Positions 53,650 to 55,795 of a stretch of DNA of 55,795 nt are shown here, piece after piece. How positions within the stretch are numbered: the stretch's first letter is position 1; every line of letters begins with the position of its first letter. The position numbers and the translations under genes are program-made. The stretch covers positions 1-55,795 of the forward strand of contig MFIO01000008.1 of the NCBI GenBank assembly GCA_001780775.1, given 5' to 3'. Under the pieces are notes generated by a model, which saw only the letters and a list, made by a program, of their open reading frames with translations, was not told the origin of the DNA and searched no databases. The stretch is from Candidatus Giovannonibacteria bacterium RIFCSPLOWO2_12_FULL_43_11c. Its GTDB lineage: Bacteria; Patescibacteriota; Minisyncoccia; JACPKW01; UBA11713.

Positions 53650-54597
53650 ATGACCGATTTTCCAGAACCAAAAAGAAGCTCAAGCATCTTCTTTTTAGAG
53701 ATAGATAAAGTCCTGCCTAATCCGCTCCAGCCGCGAAAAGAATTCGATGAAAATCGCCTTTCTGAATTGGCGGAATCAATTAGGCAATATGGCATTCTGC
53801 AACCCCTCGTTGTCGCAAGGAAAGAAATTAAGACTGCTTCTGGCGGCGTTACCACCGAATATGAGCTTATCGCCGGAGAGAGGCGTCTTCGCGCTTCGCG
53901 TCTTGCCGGATTGCGCGAGGTCCCCGCGCTGATTAGAGAAGAGCCTACAGAGAAAATCAAACTGGAGATTGCTTTGGTTGAAAATGTCCAGAGAGAAGAT
54001 TTGAATTCAGTTGACCGCGCCATGGCATTTGACCGCTTAAATCGGGAATTCAATCTTTCTCACCGCGATATAGGCGCCAGGATCGGCAAATCAAGGGAGT
54101 ACGTTGCAAATTCCATACGGCTTTTGGGCCTGCCGGATGAAATCCAGTCTGTGCTTCGCGAAGGTAAAATTACGGAAAGCCACGCGCGCTATCTTTTAAT
54201 GATTCAGGATAAACCGGCAGAACAAAAAGCCCTTTTGGACGATATAGTTTTTCGGGGCCTTAACGTCAGAGAGACGGATCGCATTTTGAAAGAAATAATT
54301 TCCCGAGACAAAAAAAATATCAGTTCTCCCGATCCAGTGACAAAAAATATGGAAGAGAAGCTTGCGCAAACATTCGGGGCAAGAGTTTATATTTCAAAAA
54401 GTTCAAATGGAGGCAGAATTTCTCTGGAGTTTTTTTCTCCCGAGGAGCTCAATTCTTTCTTGGGGCGCTTTGTCGAGCCCGAGAGGCAAGGCGGTCAAGA
54501 CAGCCAAGATAGCTTTGAAACAGCAAACGATGGAATAACGGTCCCAACGCTGGTTTCAGCGCCGAGCCCGGACGAATTGGAAGAATTCACTATTTGA
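53650..54597 (+). CDS. parB: chromosome partitioning protein ParB/Spo0J
   Basis: NPLQPRKEFDENRLSELAESIRQYGILQPLVV and ELIAGERRLRASRLAGL. Confidence 0.9.
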   Translation: MTDFPEPKRSSSIFFLEIDKVLPNPLQPRKEFDENRLSELAESIRQYGILQPLVVARKEIKTASGGVTTEYELIAGERRLRASRLAGLREVPALIREEPTEKIKLEIALVENVQREDLNSVDRAMAFDRLNREFNLSHRDIGARIGKSREYVANSIRLLGLPDEIQSVLREGKITESHARYLLMIQDKPAEQKALLDDIVFRGLNVRETDRILKEIISRDKKNISSPDPVTKNMEEKLAQTFGARVYISKSSNGGRISLEFFSPEELNSFLGRFVEPERQGGQDSQDSFETANDGITVPTLVSAPSPDELEEFTI

Positions 54598-55795
54598 CTA
54601 GATGCGTAATTTTTCTTACTCCGGCGACATCCCGGAGCTTTTTTATTATCTTTTCCAACTCCTCCTTGTTTTTTGGAACAAAAGTTATTTTTATCGGAGC
54701 TTCCTCATTTCCCGATCTAGCTGAAATCAAATTTTGGATATTGATCTTGCTTTTTGCGAAGACCGAAGTTATATCTTTAATAAAGCCAACTCTATTTTTC
54801 CCGTAGATTCTCACTTCAATTAAGTTTGTTTGCAGCATCAAAAAAGATTTTTTTAGGGATAGCCGCAGAGATCTCCTGATCCGATTTTTAGCTAAAGCTG
54901 TTTTTACCAGGCCAAGCCATTCCGGACTAGGCTTTTTATTTTTTTGCGTGATTATTTCAACTACGTCCCCGGATTTAAGCTCCCATGTAAAGGAAACCAT
55001 CCTGCCATTTACCCGTGATCCGGATGCGCGATTTCCTATTTCAGAATGTATATGATAGGCGAAATCGAGGGGTGTGGATCCTCTAGGCAAGTCTATAACA
55101 TCCCCTTTGGGAGTAAGTGTGAAAATCCTATCTTTAAAAAAGTCAATTTTGAGCGCCTCAAGAAGTTCCTCGGAGGTTGGCTGTTCTTTTTGAAATTCCT
55201 TATGCCAATTTTGGAGCTGCGAAATCCAATTAAATTTTTTTCCGAAAGCCTTGAACCCTTTTTTGGGCTTGCCCGCTTCCGCATAAGCCCAATGCGCGGC
55301 GATTCCACTCTCTGCTTCAAGATGCATTTCCGGCGTTCTGATCTGGAATTCGACGATTACCCTCGGCTCGATAAAAACGCTGGTGTGGAGCGACTGATAA
55401 CCGTTTGGTTTAGGAAGCGCAATGTAATCCCTGAATTTTCCAGGAACCGGGCGCCAGAGTTTATGTATGATTCCGAGCGCGCTATAACAGCTTTTTACGT
55501 CCGGAACAATCAAGCGAAGCGCAATCAGATCCGAAAACCTGGACCAATCGCCTTCGTAGCGTTTCAGCTTCTGCCAAATGGAGTAAATATGCTTAGCTCG
55601 GTAATTTATTTGAAAATTTTTAATGCCTTCTTTTCTTAATTCAGCTTCGATTATTGAAAATATCTTTTTTAAGTATTTTTCGCGCTCCGGAGCTCTTTTC
55701 TTTATCTCAGTGGTGATTGTGGCATAATCTTTCGGGTACAGACACTGCATCGAGAGATCCTCAAGCTCGGCTTTGATGTTACACATGCCCAATCG
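54590..55795 (-). CDS. rel: RelA/SpoT-family (p)ppGpp synthetase (5' partial, continues past the window end)
   Basis: Synthetase motif PKPNGYQSLHTSV, TGS domain (TPKGDVIDLPRGSTPLDFAYHIHSEIG), and a C-terminal ACT-like domain. The frame is open to nt 55795. Confidence 0.9.
   Translation of the reverse strand, partial: RLGMCNIKAELEDLSMQCLYPKDYATITTEIKKRAPEREKYLKKIFSIIEAELRKEGIKNFQINYRAKHIYSIWQKLKRYEGDWSRFSDLIALRLIVPDVKSCYSALGIIHKLWRPVPGKFRDYIALPKPNGYQSLHTSVFIEPRVIVEFQIRTPEMHLEAESGIAAHWAYAEAGKPKKGFKAFGKKFNWISQLQNWHKEFQKEQPTSEELLEALKIDFFKDRIFTLTPKGDVIDLPRGSTPLDFAYHIHSEIGNRASGSRVNGRMVSFTWELKSGDVVEIITQKNKKPSPEWLGLVKTALAKNRIRRSLRLSLKKSFLMLQTNLIEVRIYGKNRVGFIKDITSVFAKSKINIQNLISARSGNEEAPIKITFVPKNKEELEKIIKKLRDVAGVRKITHLVK

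Noticed and set aside
53577-54053. 158-aa minus-strand ORF
   Set aside because: It overlaps tRNA-Leu and is antisense to the conserved N-terminal domain of parB.
55046-55639. 197-aa plus-strand ORF
   Set aside because: It is antisense to the RelA/SpoT synthetase domain and has no motifs.
1-55795. CRISPR arrays, rRNA genes, group I/II introns, inteins
   Set aside because: No regularly spaced direct repeats, rRNA-like sequence or intein/intron signatures were seen. The only RT is DGR-type, and the class II RNR is uninterrupted.

Overview
The window is a compact, mostly plus-strand chromosomal segment with tiny intergenic gaps and many ATGA or 4-nt gene overlaps. By inference, its style fits a reduced-genome CPR/Patescibacteria-like bacterium.

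The backbone is housekeeping:
- Five aminoacyl-tRNA synthetases: argS, ileS, glyQS, metG, leuS.
- Translation genes: rplT-rpmI-infC, and smpB followed by an overlapping tmRNA.
- DNA metabolism: RNase H, split ComEC, PolX, UDG4, short RecO, TatD, ParB.
- Other: ndk, murI, glyA, folD, a RelA/SpoT homologue and tRNA-Leu(CAA).

Several accessory or unusual items are embedded in this backbone:
1. A complete diversity-generating retroelement at 11.7-14.2 kb (target ORF with VR, TR, antisense Avd, RT). Of 14 VR/TR mismatches, 13 fall on TR adenines.
2. An IleRS carrying a roughly 190-aa histidine-phosphatase (RHG...SHG) domain inserted between two CxxC knuckles.
3. A family of 34-nt perfect palindromes sitting in frame inside argS and ileS, one copy in each of the three reading frames.
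4. A Y1/RAYT-like transposase bracketed by GTAG-containing REP-like palindromes that run into the ends of both neighbouring ORFs.
5. A cobalamin riboswitch with terminator driving a transcobalamin-like (alpha/alpha-toroid + DUF4430) surface-protein operon. Elsewhere in the window sit a B12-dependent class II RNR and a PduO-type adenosyltransferase.
6. Two paralogous roughly 595-aa Cys-rich proteins capped by zinc ribbons.
7. Two RelE/ParE-type toxin-antitoxin pairs.

No CRISPR array or rRNA was seen.
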